Shown one piece after another: positions 1-10,826 of a stretch of 64,000 nt of DNA. The notes beneath the pieces are model-generated. The model did not search any database and was not told where the DNA came from. It was given only the letters and a program-made list of their open reading frames with translations. The DNA is from Octopus sinensis. Lineage: Eukaryota. Numbering within the stretch: the first letter of the stretch is position 1; every line of letters begins with the position of its first letter. Location of the stretch: the NCBI RefSeq assembly GCF_006345805.1, contig NC_042997.1:85932001-85996000 (forward strand). The letters are read 5' to 3'. The position numbers were made by a program, and so were the translations under genes.

Positions 1-805
1 CCACAATGTATTGCTGCAGCTACTTTTCCCTCTGTTGAGTCATGAAAGGTTTTTTTTTCTGCAGAGTCCATCAGATCCAGGCTGCACATCCATAGGTATG
101 CAATTAGTATGCAAATTAACCTATAACTGGGACCCTGACAGATGCTACTACTCCAAGTCAGTGGTAGACTCGGGAACAATATTGACTAAGAAATGGTTCC
201 TCTTTCTTCAATACCCAGAACTCCCAAACCAGGGCCCCACTACTGGATGTAGTTTAGTCATACCAAGGACATAATCCACTGGCAAGTAATGACAACTACA
301 ACAGCAACATATCCTAAGTACCAGTAATACTATTGGGGCTTTTCCAGCAACTGTCTCTTTCTCTCTCTTCCTTTACAAAAAATATAGTCTTGTTGGCGTT
401 GTTTATTCATAGCCAAGAGAAATCAATATTTAAAATTATATTAAATCCATTATAAATTGTTTGCAAAATTTAAAATAAAAATAAAAAATTACATAAATAA
501 TTAAATAATACAAATTAACTGGCAAAAATATTTAAAAGAAAGAACTAAAGCAATTTTTGAAGACTGTCAGGTAAATTGGACTGCAGCCAAATTTTGTTAT
601 TTTTGAGAACATAAATTCATTATATTATTTATTTCTTCAATTATTTGTATATTTGTGTGTTTACTTCCGTTATTCATAATATACCAGTTCTTTGTTCTTT
701 TGGCAAAGTTTACCACAGAAATAAAATAATATTAATAATAATAAAAACAGAACAAAAGACAAAATTGGAAGAGAATATCTTTCTGATGAATAGATATTTA
801 TTGGA

Positions 806-806
<1 letters not shown>

Positions 807-849
<43 letters not shown>

Positions 850-864
850 TAATAATAATAATAA
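807..864. repeat. (TAA)n microsatellite
   Basis: About 19 TAA units read directly; source of the poly-I/poly-L ORFs. Confidence 0.95.
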
Positions 865-2439
865 TTCACCCCTCCTTTCACAGCTTATTAAGTCATAGGG
901 AATTTTTCTTCTCAAATGGTTTCGGTAATAATTATAATGCTGTGCATTGTCTATGCTTATTTGCATGTGTATGTGTGTGCATGCATGCAAATGTATGGGT
1001 GTCTGTCTGTCCAATGTCCCATGTGAACCCAAATGTTTTAAAATGTTCACATAGGATTTACTTTTGAATAATGAACTTGTCTAAAGTAATTTTCAGAATA
1101 AGGAACCTTGGTTTTGCATACACATGTGTGCAGTTTTACATACATGTGTGTGTGTATGTGTGTAAGTACATATCTATGTATCTCTCTCTCCGTATATATA
1201 TGAGTGTGTGTGTGTGTAGTATTGCTTTTAAGCAGCAGAACTTACAAAATGACACAAGGGCTGTCAGTTTTGTGCTTTGGTAAATTACAGTTCATGAAAC
1301 TCTTGGCCCTTGAGTCACTTTGTTCCTTCTACCAACTAAAAAAAATATACGTACACTCATGTTTCGAGTTCTGTTTTCCTGTTTCTAACTCTAAACTTAT
1401 ACATATATTTGTAATCAATACAAAAGACCTACTTACCATCTCACTTCCTTCTCTTTCTATTCTATTCTCCTATTTTAACCCTACTGTTCTTATTTTTTAT
1501 GCTGGTGTATATAAGGACCTTCGTATTTCTTTGTGCTGTATTTTTGGTGGCATTTGTTCACATAACTGTTTTTATGCCCACATAACTGATGTCTGCCAAT
1601 CTCATGAAACGCATGTATATCGAGTATTAATACTATGCTTTTTGGTGTTCCTTTTCAAGATCTATCTATCCACCCATCCATCCACACATATACCCGCCTC
1701 TCCTTCTATTACACCTTCACTCAGTTGAGTTAACATTTTTGAGCATATAGTTGCATGCATACATATTTGAGACATGAAAGATCTTTACCATGCAGTATTG
1801 TTATGTTTTAAGTTAATTCCTTTAATCTAGTTGGGAAAGAAATTTATTCTTTTGTTCACCTTTTCTATTTATCCTTTCTTGAATTTGGCCTTCAGATATT
1901 GATTTAAATCCATTCTATTTCATTGTCATTTTTTTTTTTTTCACATGCACACATGTATGCATGTGTGTTTCATTATTATCAAATGGGGAATTTTAATTTC
2001 TTTTCTTGTTTTTCTTTTCATTTTTCTCAAAATTGTAATAATACATATATTCTTCTTAATTAGGAAACTGTGAGATGATTTCTCTTTCTGGTACCACTCC
2101 AACCACTAATAGCCATTTATGTTAAATTTGAGGTGTCCATCAATACATTCCTACAACAAACCTTTCCCTACTCTTCCCATCATACTTAATCTCTTTCAAC
2201 ATTAGCCTTGCAAATTACAAGGCAACTTCACAAATTATTAATAAGAGAGTTGAAATTAATGCATGCAAGAATTTACAACTCAAACATTACTCCTTCACAG
2301 TCAACCTATGAACTTTTTGCAGCCCACCCTTGTATGTATTCAAGTAAAACCTATTGTGGCCTAAGGGATTACACTTGTTGTTTAGCTCTATGTAAATATG
2401 TTAGGATAGCTGTTGTTGAGCTCCATGTCAACTTTGACT

Positions 2440-2565
2440 GAGCAGAGCTGTGATAATAGTAATAATTGATATGACTGTCCTAATTGACAGAAACATAAGC
2501 ATAAAAGTTTCTGTCAAGACCAACCAAAAACTGAGCAAGTATAAAGATCCTGAAATAGAAATTGG
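2440..2565 (+). mobile_element. R4/Dong-type non-LTR retrotransposon fragment (restriction-like endonuclease region)
   Basis: Translates IIDMTVLIDRNISIK...KLSKYKDPEIEI, matching the D-x-T/S-V-P...EKLSKYKDLEIE motif of RLE LINEs; followed by (AAC)(GAT)(AAG) compound microsatellite. Confidence 0.6.
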
Positions 2566-3638
2566 TAACAACAACAACAACAACAACGATGATGATGATG
2601 ATGATGATAAGAAGAAGAAGAAGAAGAAACTTATTGTATACAGTGCTCAGGTGTGCTACAATTCATCAGGAAAAAAAATAACATTTACCCAAAATGTCTA
2701 GCAGTAGGATCAAACACACAACCTTGAATTTACAAACCAAACACGTTAACCATTCAGCCTCATTCCATCAACATGAAAGGCATTCTAACCATGCCCACCC
2801 TCCTTTTTAGAAGCAGGAGGTATGTATGACTACTGTCACACAAGTGTCCTTTTTCTTTAGGGCAGTAAAATGTGAGTTGAGGGTGATTTGACTGCTATTT
2901 CTAGCATCATATTCGAGATTCAATGTTTAGTTACTGTAGCTGAAATATTCTTTTCTACTCTAGTAATAGTAGTAGTAGTTATAGTAATCGTGATCCTAAT
3001 AGTATTGATAATAATGGTCTTGCACCTGGTCATTGTAGCAGCAGCAATAGCAGCAGTAGTAGTGGTAGTAGTATTAGTTGAATGCTATTGATTTATTGAC
3101 AATCTGAAGTCTAAGTTCCATAGTTTCATGCCAAAAATTCCAAGACCTTTAAAAACTTTTGAAAAAACAATTTTTGGTAACAGACAAGAGATGCATCGGA
3201 AATTATATCAGAATCTATTAAAGGAAGTGCTTTTTCTTGAAAAAGCATATTTCTTAGATGTTTACATACTTCATATGCATTCTTTCTTTTTTTTATCATT
3301 CATATTTATTTCATTCTCTATATTTGTTTTTAAACCTAACCTGTTTACGTAATATCAGACAGTCTCCTCCAGTAAGACATTATCCTCACAGACTGTTACA
3401 GAGTGACATGATATTACAAATGCACAATCAAACATGAAGAGAGGCAAACATGCCTGCTTACATGCACACACATAGAAATATATTTTATACATACATACTT
3501 ACATATATATATATATAGTACGCACACACACGTGTGTGTGTATATATGTGTGTGTATATGTGTATGTGTATATATGTGTGTGTATATGTGTATGTGTATA
3601 TATGTGTGTGTATATGTGTATGTGTATATATGTGTGTG

Positions 3639-3679
<41 letters not shown>

Positions 3680-3829
3680 TATATATATTTATTTATGTAT
3701 TACATTATTACATTATATACGTACATGTGTGTGCGTGTGTGTTTGCTGATGACATTTCTAAAACTAATTTTGGAAGTGTTCAAAACTAATTCTGAAGACT
3801 TATTTTATATTTCATATACTTGTTTATAT

Positions 3830-4090
3830 CTGTGTGCAAAGTTAAGACATTCACTGAACTTTCACATGATTCTTGGTTCAATCCCAGTGCATGGCAACTT
3901 AAGTATGTGACTTCTACCAAAGTCTTGGATAAACCAAAGCATTGTGAATTATATTGGCTTGGCAGAATCTGTGCGGAGCCTGTCAGATATGTTAAATATA
4001 TATATATATTTATATACATATATATATATATATAAGGTAGTACTCCAGTATGACCACAGTCAAATGACTGAAACAAGTGAAAGAATAAAA
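3830..4090 (+). mobile_element. Decayed CORE-like tRNA-derived SINE (family B)
   Basis: Degenerate ggttcaatcccagtgcatggcaactt...ccaaagcattgtga plus 3' tail aaggtagtactccagtatgaccacagtcaaatgactgaaacaagt shared with other copies in the window. Confidence 0.55.
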
Positions 4091-4410
4091 TTATATATTT
4101 CACTTAGGCATTGTGATTCTGATAGTTTGGTGTAGAACGTATATACGTATGCTTCTGGATGAAGCCTTAGTTAAGTACAGAGCAGTAATAAGAAAGAAAA
4201 AGACAAAGGGATATATGATGATCTCATGAACTTCATTAGCTTATAGCTGTTTTCACTATAAGATGTGGTGGACTTGTAGTTGAATCAACTTTGTGTCAAC
4301 AAAGTTTAGTGCCAGATTTTGTAATGGAGCCAATATAATTAACTAAAAATTTTTAAAGTTTACCTCAGCATAGAACATAGATGTATAGATGTTAACTGAT
4401 GATAATGATG

Positions 4411-4453
<43 letters not shown>

Positions 4454-4884
4454 CTGTTGTGTCTGGGGAGAGTCATTTTCTTTTTGTGCCTTATAATGTA
4501 ACACACTCACCAGTAAAATTTCCACTTATTTCTTATTTTTATTTTCCTAAAATTTTCATTGCATCTTGCAACCTTTTCAATAGTCTTGACTCTCTCTCTA
4601 TATATATGCATGTGTATCTAAAATCATCTCATATATTAATGTAAGATGTAAAAACTTAGAGGAAATACTACAAATATCAATTTGAAGTTATGAAAAAAAA
4701 TTTTTTATATCTGTAAGACTATGGCAGCATAGTTTCAATTTATTTCATTTGTAATTCAAAGAAAGAGGAAAAGCAAGTATCTGGAGTTATTTTCTTGCCT
4801 TCTTTCATTGAGACAAAGGTGAGAGCAATGAATGAGATTACTGCAGTTAATGTTAAATTTGAACTGTCAAATATTAATCCTTTC

Positions 4885-5118
4885 TACTATAGGCACAAGG
4901 CCTGAAATTTGGTGGGAGAGGGCCAGTCGATTAGATCAATCCCAGTGTACTTAATTTATCAACCCTGATCAATCCCAGTGTACTTAATTTATCAACCCTG
5001 AAAGCATGAAAGGCAAAGTCAACCTCAACGGAATTTGAACTCAAAACATAAAGACAGACGAGATACCACTAAGCATTTTGCCTGGCATGCTAATAATCCT
5101 GCCAGCTTGCCACCTTAC
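4885..5118 (-). mobile_element. tRNA-derived SINE (family A) with internal 33-bp tandem duplication
   Basis: Aligns to the 9196-9424 copy; atcaatcccagtgtacttaatttatcaaccctg occurs twice (4935-4967, 4968-5000). Confidence 0.85.
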
Positions 5119-5699
5119 TTTCAAATATTAATAATTGACAGGAATAGGAAGAGTGCTTTAGAACTACATTGCTGCTTCTGGTTGGTTGGTTGGAAGGCAA
5201 AATTGGGCTAAGCATTTTGTATTGCAATATTGCAAGTAGGTGAAGTTTGAATCATTCACTGGTTTTCACTGGTTTATTTCACTGATAAAAAAGCAGTAAC
5301 TCTCAACTAGCTATAGACTGGTTATGTAAGTAGAACTCAAAAAATTGTAACTCTCTTCCCTCTCCACTCACCAATGAAAAAGCAGTACCTCCCAGGTGGC
5401 AATGTACTGGCTATATAAGTAAAACTCAGCACACTCTGATCCATTTCACTCTCTCACAGTTCTCCTCTTACAAAAGGAGCTAAAGCTAGAATGGTAGAAT
5501 CAATTATTGTCTATGCTTGTATCAGCTTGTCTTAATATAAGACACTTTTCAGTGAAATGAAACATTGATTTACCATATCTTGATTCCACTAATTTATCAA
5601 CCATGTTATGTTGATTTCCTTTGACATAAATTTCAGCAATATTTCATGTATCTACTACACATGTGGCTCGAATGAATTCGTTCTTCATGAATGGGTCCA

Positions 5700-5870
5700 G
5701 GTATGGCCATGTGGTAAGAAGTTTGCTTTCCAACCATATAGTTTTAGGTTCAGTCTCACTGGATGAAACCTTGGGCAAGTGTCTTCTACTATAGCCTTGT
5801 GCCAACCAAAGCATTGTGGGTAGATTTTGTCGACAGAAGCTGGAAGAAACCTGTCATGTGTGTGTGTTTC
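5700..5870 (+). mobile_element. CORE-like SINE (family B)
   Basis: gtggtaagaagtttgctttccaacc...ggttcagtctc...ccttgggcaagtgtcttctactatagcc, shared with more than 10 copies in the window. Confidence 0.8.
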
Positions 5871-6204
5871 TCTTTTTAATTTTGAGTAAATGTTGACTGG
5901 CCACTGACTAGTTAGCAAGGTTGTGAAGGAATGCGTCATGTTTTAACCATCATCCTTTAAATCTTAAGAAGGCCTTGCAGATTTTTATAGTCTCAGATAT
6001 CATGATCAGTTGTAGTGTATGAATTACGGACTTGCATTCTCTCCCCAAAATTTCAAGTTCAGCCATACTTTGCCCAAGATGGATTGGTATGTATCTTGTT
6101 GCTCCAATAATAATAGGTATGAAGTTAAAAGTGTATCTTAGGTATTGAATTTGCAAACTCCTTATCAATAGTCCATAGATGTCCACTTATGTGTGTGTGT
6201 GTGT

Positions 6205-6560
6205 GTGGCTATGTGCCCACACCTGTTGAGCTCATGCAAACAAAGGAGGCCTAAAACTGAGGTACAAGGACACCCTGAAAACAACCTCAAATGGAGCAGC
6301 ATTAGTCCAAACAAACTTGAAGCCTCTGCTGCAAACAGATCAGTGTGGAGGTCTCTCACCTCACAAGCAGTAGCTGCCTTTGAGGAGGATCAGTGACAGG
6401 GTCTCACTGCTGCAAGAGACAGATGTCATGGGGCAGCATCTGCCTCAATCCAGACAACAAATCATCATTGTGAAAACTGTAGGCACCTGTGTGCTTCCAG
6501 CTCTAGGCATGCAGTCACATGCACTTTCATCACTGAGAACACAGATTTGGTCATCGCTGA
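6205..6560 (+). mobile_element. RTE/BovB-like LINE 3' end fragment
   Basis: With frameshifts: RPKLRYKDTLKNNLKWSSISPNKLEASAANRSVWRSLTSQAVAAFEED...HHCENC; homologous to the C-terminus of the 41037-42441 element. Confidence 0.75.
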
Positions 6561-6619
6561 ATACTGATAGACTGTCCACAACAAACGTGTATATATGTGG
6601 GGTGTTACTGTCTCCGTGT

Positions 6620-6845
6620 CTTAACATTGCATGAAAGCTGTAAACAACTGTCACTGAGATGCAAATAGTAAACTTTGCTCCCAATCTTCCGTGAAAACAT
6701 GTCTGGTCATGAAAAAATATTACCTTGCTTGGAAGCAAGTGAGGGTTGGCAACAGGAAGGGCATCCATCCATAGAAAATCCATCTCAAATTTTTGTCTGA
6801 TCCATGCAAACATGGAAAAGCAGACATTAAAACGATGATGATGAA
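6620..6845 (+). mobile_element. SINE family D (ggaagggcatcc V-domain-like core, (ATG)n tail)
   Basis: ggttggcaacaggaagggcatccatccatagaaa...catggaaaagcagacattaaaacgatgatgatg. Confidence 0.8.
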
Positions 6846-6914
6846 CATCTGAATTGCACTACAGACTTTCCAGACACATTCATATACTGCATTAATTTTA
6901 TATTAAAAACTGAC

Positions 6915-7155
6915 TTCAGTCATGAATGACAATGGGATTGCACCTAGAAAGTTCCCTTCCAAAGCATAAGTCCAAGAAAAAGCTGATACATCTTGGCAAC
7001 AGAGACATCACAACTCATTTCTACAGCTGAGTGAACTGGAGCAATGTGAAATAAAGTGTCTTACTCAAGAACACAATACACAGCCCAGTCTGGGAATCAA
7101 ACTCACAACCTCACGATTGTGAGCCTGACACTCTAACCACTGAGCCAAGCACATT
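6915..7155 (-). mobile_element. tRNA-derived SINE (family E)
   Basis: gggaatcaaactcacaacc...taaccactgagcc (reverse B/A boxes) plus ctggagcaatgtgaaataaagtgtcttactcaagaacac; homologous to 62265-62595. Confidence 0.8.
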
Positions 7156-7577
7156 AGTTTTATATGTTTGACTAAAACCTTGTTCTTATGGATGTTACAA
7201 CTGGAAACTACTACTTCTCTCTGTGTGAATTATTGTTGATATTGTTTAACTCATTATACTTTATAAACATTTAGAAGTAGACACGTGCTGTTTCACTGCA
7301 TTGAATTAATGTACTACTTAGGGTGGCAGAGGTCTACCTTCTGGTGGTTTGTAGAAACTGAATGAGAAATTATACATACATAAAGGCACACATACATACA
7401 TCCATGCATATATATATTATTGTTATGGTCTTTCACATCTATATTTTATACAGCATCATGTGAAAAATAGATGTAAAATGAGAAATGTTGTTGTTTGATA
7501 TAATAGGATTTGTATCTGTACAATGGAGGAGGGGAAAATTTGTTTAGGACAGATAAAAGAAAATTACATTATATTCC

Positions 7578-7737
<160 letters not shown>

Positions 7738-9195
7738 TCTAAGTATAGCATGAGGATAATATATCTGGTGTTCTGCAATACAATGTAAAAATAAATAAAT
7801 AAATAAATAAAGGAAGGGAAAAATCCAGAATAAATTAGGGACATAATTGAAGCCCTTGACTTCAGGGAAAAACATGATTAATAAGTTATCTAATAACATT
7901 ACTTGCTTTCATCTTATTATGCAAACCAGTACAATCCATTTAAGTTACCTAAACAAAGTGACACTTGAAGCCATGTCATTTGTATGCAGTCAATTAACCA
8001 GAGACATAATTAAGCACTTTTCAAAAGGCTTCATAGCAATTTTCAGACAAGTGAATTATTGAATTGTATCTGTTGAGATTACTACTGATGGTGGTCATGT
8101 CAGTTTTTCACACATCACTTAAACTTGCTTCAGCTTTGGTCTGAGAAACTAAATTAAGTATTTGCGAAGTTCCCACCGAGTATTGTAAATGCCTTTCAGT
8201 TAAACTGTGTTTGATAAGAAAAGAAAATTAGCTAATTACATTTCCATTGTGCTCTTTCTAAATCTCGTTAGTCTAGCATGAAGTCACCTATATAACTCAT
8301 TGTTTACTACCTTGCTTCGAACAATCATTGATAAGCAAGGGTGTTTAGATATTATTGAATCTCACTGGCAGGCTGCTCTATATACTGGAAGGTCAGAAAT
8401 TTAATCATCTAAAAAGAGCTTTCATCTCCCCCACATTATTTTTGACCCGATAGTTTCGTTGTCAGACTCATGCACTAAATGAGCTATAAATATAATGATG
8501 ATGATGACAAAGATGATGATGATAATCTTTGCTTCTAATTATTACTGGCTAATCTCTAGAAGTATAGCTGATTGCAAAACAGAGAAAATAGAAAAGAAAG
8601 AAAATAAGAAAACAAACAAATAAGAAAGAAAAGAAAAAGAAGGAAAAGAAATTATAAAATTTCTGGAAGTGATGGTGGAAGATTGGAATTAAGAATAAAA
8701 TACATTGTGAGTCTAATTGCTGTAATTAATGTGCTTGATTTAAATTGACAGGTCCTGACAGATACCAACTGCAAGTACAGGCACATTTTTAAAAAATAAG
8801 TATATCATAAAATACCTGGATGATGATGATAGTGGTGGTGGTGGCAATGATGGTGCTTATAAGGGTACTTATAATGGTGGTAGTGAATGATGATGATGAT
8901 GATTCTCCCTTTCTAACTTTCATATTTATCAGCTTATATAATCAGAACTGTTTGCATTGACAAATGATTCAGATAAAGAGATATTTAGCAAAACTAATAA
9001 TTAATAGTAATGAGGATGTTGTTGACAGTGACAATGATGGCAATCCTTTCTTTATTGACCACTAGAGCTTATAAACCTAATACAAAAATTTGTTATACAA
9101 AAGGTAGTTACAAAGCGTATATACACACACACAAATTAATAATTAAGGGTACTAACAAGCAGTACTGGCATGCTAAATATAGCAGTCAAAATACC

Positions 9196-9424
9196 TATTT
9201 CTTTACTACCCACAAGGGGCTAAACACAGAGAGGACAAACAAGGACAAACGGATTAAGTCGATTATATCGACCCCAGTGCGGAACTGGTACTTATTTAAT
9301 CAACCCCGAAAGGATGAAAGGCAAAGTCAACCTCGGCGGAATTTGAACTCAGAACGTAACAGCAGACGAAATACGGCTACGCATTTTGCCCGGCATGCTA
9401 ACGTTTCTGCCAGCTCGCCGCCTT
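9196..9424 (-). mobile_element. Young tRNA-derived SINE (family A) with 15-16 bp TSD
   Basis: TSD (t)agcagtcaaaatacc at 9180-9195 and 9424-9439; reverse strand shows A-box-like tggcagaaacgttag and B-box-like gagttcaaattcc; many CpGs intact. Confidence 0.92.
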
Positions 9425-9539
9425 AGCAGTCAAAATACCAAACTGCAAATTTTCACTTAAACACAAAGGTGAAAGCATGCAAATGAATAAAAATCCTAAA
9501 ACCCCGTACCAATGATGAAAATAATCGAAAATTGAAAAA

Positions 9540-9603
9540 GCCAGACATACCCATATCACCGTAATTTCGAACTCTTAGTTCATCTTCAGTGAGTCTTACT
9601 GAC
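9540..9603 (-). ncRNA. Type I hammerhead ribozyme motif (predicted cleavage AUA/ between 9554 and 9553)
   Basis: Minus strand GUCAG-UAAG-ACUCA CUGAAGA U GAAC-UAAGA-GUUC GAA AUUA-CGG-UGAU A UGGGU-AUGU-CUGGC: core CUGANGA/GAAA, stems I, II and III all pair; folded by hand. Confidence 0.75.
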
Positions 9604-10054
9604 CCCAGGGTTATGGAGATTATTCATCTCACCAATGTGTATGATAACCACTTTTAATGCTGCAGCAAGTTCAAAATCAGAGTGATATGGGTATGTCTGG
9701 CTTTTTCAACTTTCGATCATTTTCGTCATTGGTTCAGGGTTTTAGGATTTTTATTCATTTGCACACTTTCACTTTTGTGTTTAAGTGAAAATTTGTGGTT
9801 TGGTCGTTTTGATTGCTATATCTTGTATGCCAGTACTGCTTGTTAGTACGCTTAAATATTAATTGATAATTTTTTACCGTTATGGATTTTTTACACATGC
9901 TAAGCCACTGATATTATTATAAACAATAATATCTTCATAGATATATGCATACTCAAGAAGACCTACACCCTACAGCAGAGGTAATAAGGCTGATCCCCTT
10001 AGTGAAGACAATTGGCTTGCAAGAGTCCTGTGCCAGAGCCATATATGAAGCACT

Positions 10055-10255
10055 CATGCTGGTGCCATGGATAAATGTTCATGTGGTGCCATATAAAAGC
10101 ACCCAGCACACTCTAGAGAGTGGTTGGCACTAGGAAGGACATCCAACCATAGAAATCCTGCCAAATCAGACTGGAGTCTGGTGCAGCTCTCCAGCTTTCC
10201 AGCTCTAGTCAAACCATTCAGCCCATGCCAGCATGAACAACAGACGTTAAATGAT
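10055..10255 (+). mobile_element. SINE family D
   Basis: gagtggttggcactaggaaggacatccaacc...cagacgttaaatgatga. Confidence 0.8.
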
Positions 10256-10264
10256 GATCATGAT

Positions 10265-10560
10265 ATCATCCTCCTCATCATCATCATTTAGCATCCATTA
10301 TCCATGCTGGTATGGGTTAGATGGTTTTGATGGTTTGAAACTGGTAAGTCAGAGAGCTGTAACATGCTCCAGTCTTATTCAGCTGGATGTGCTTCATAAT
10401 GCCAACCACTCAAAGAGTGCATTGGGTGTCTCTTACATGTTACTGACATGGGTACCTTTTATATGTCACCGGATGTGTGCCTTTCATGTGTCACTGGCAT
10501 GGATGCCTTTAATGTGTCACTGGCACTGTCCACAACGAGAATTTCACTTGGTTTGATGAG
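10265..10560 (-). mobile_element. SINE family D, inverted relative to the preceding copy
   Basis: catcatcatttagcatcc...cagctggatgtgcttcataatgccaaccactc is the reverse complement of the family D core. Confidence 0.8.
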
Positions 10561-10622
10561 TCTTCTCAATCACAGCAAATTAAATCAAGTGGAAACTTAC
10601 TTAGAATATCACCACGTAGCTC

Positions 10623-10826
10623 AGTGGTTGTTAAAATTTATCTGCAATAAACTGGTTAAAATTCTACAATACACAACATATTTTAACAATTTTTTTAAAT
10701 ACAATTCCTAATAATATTATAAAAATATAATATGATTTTTAAACATCAAATAGCTATGAAGGTCCAGTCAAGTAAAATAGAAATCAAAAGGGTCCATTGG
10801 TAAAAAGTGGTTGAGAAACACTGACA
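10623..10826. mobile_element. hAT-type MITE (CAGTGGTT...AACCACTG-like ends)
   Basis: Ends cagtggttg.../...gtggttgagaaacactg; AT-rich interior related to 21820-22000 and 39725-39845. Confidence 0.5.

Larger units (their letters stand above)
9134..9864. mobile_element. Foldback element with about 195-bp inverted arms (putative Penelope-like inverted pLTR pair), interrupted by a SINE
   Basis: Left arm 9134-9195 plus 9440-9572 is the reverse complement of right arm 9669-9864 (e.g. gccagacatacccatatcac / gtgatatgggtatgtctggc); 96-nt spacer; hammerhead fold at the inner junction. Confidence 0.75.

Noticed and set aside
98-116. Octamer ATGCAAAT with adjacent near-octamer
   Set aside because: Lies in what appears to be an interspersed repeat (related fragment near 8745-8790); an 8-mer is expected by chance in AT-rich DNA.
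782-812. CUGAUGA...GAAA spacing suggestive of a hammerhead
   Set aside because: No stem II closing pair and no stem I/III partners; runs into the (TAA)n repeat.
1204-1728. 174-aa ORF and a reverse-strand GATG|GTAAGT donor near 1435
   Set aside because: ORF starts in a (GT)n run with no domain; all three minus frames upstream of the donor hit stops.
4119-4165. ctgatag...gaac-gtatatac-gta hammerhead-like remnant
   Set aside because: Core incomplete (CUGAUAG, GAAC) and stem I does not pair; at most a heavily decayed PLE terminus.
9350-9424. tRNA-like A/B boxes in many places
   Set aside because: These are SINE heads; no complete cloverleaf tRNA gene found.
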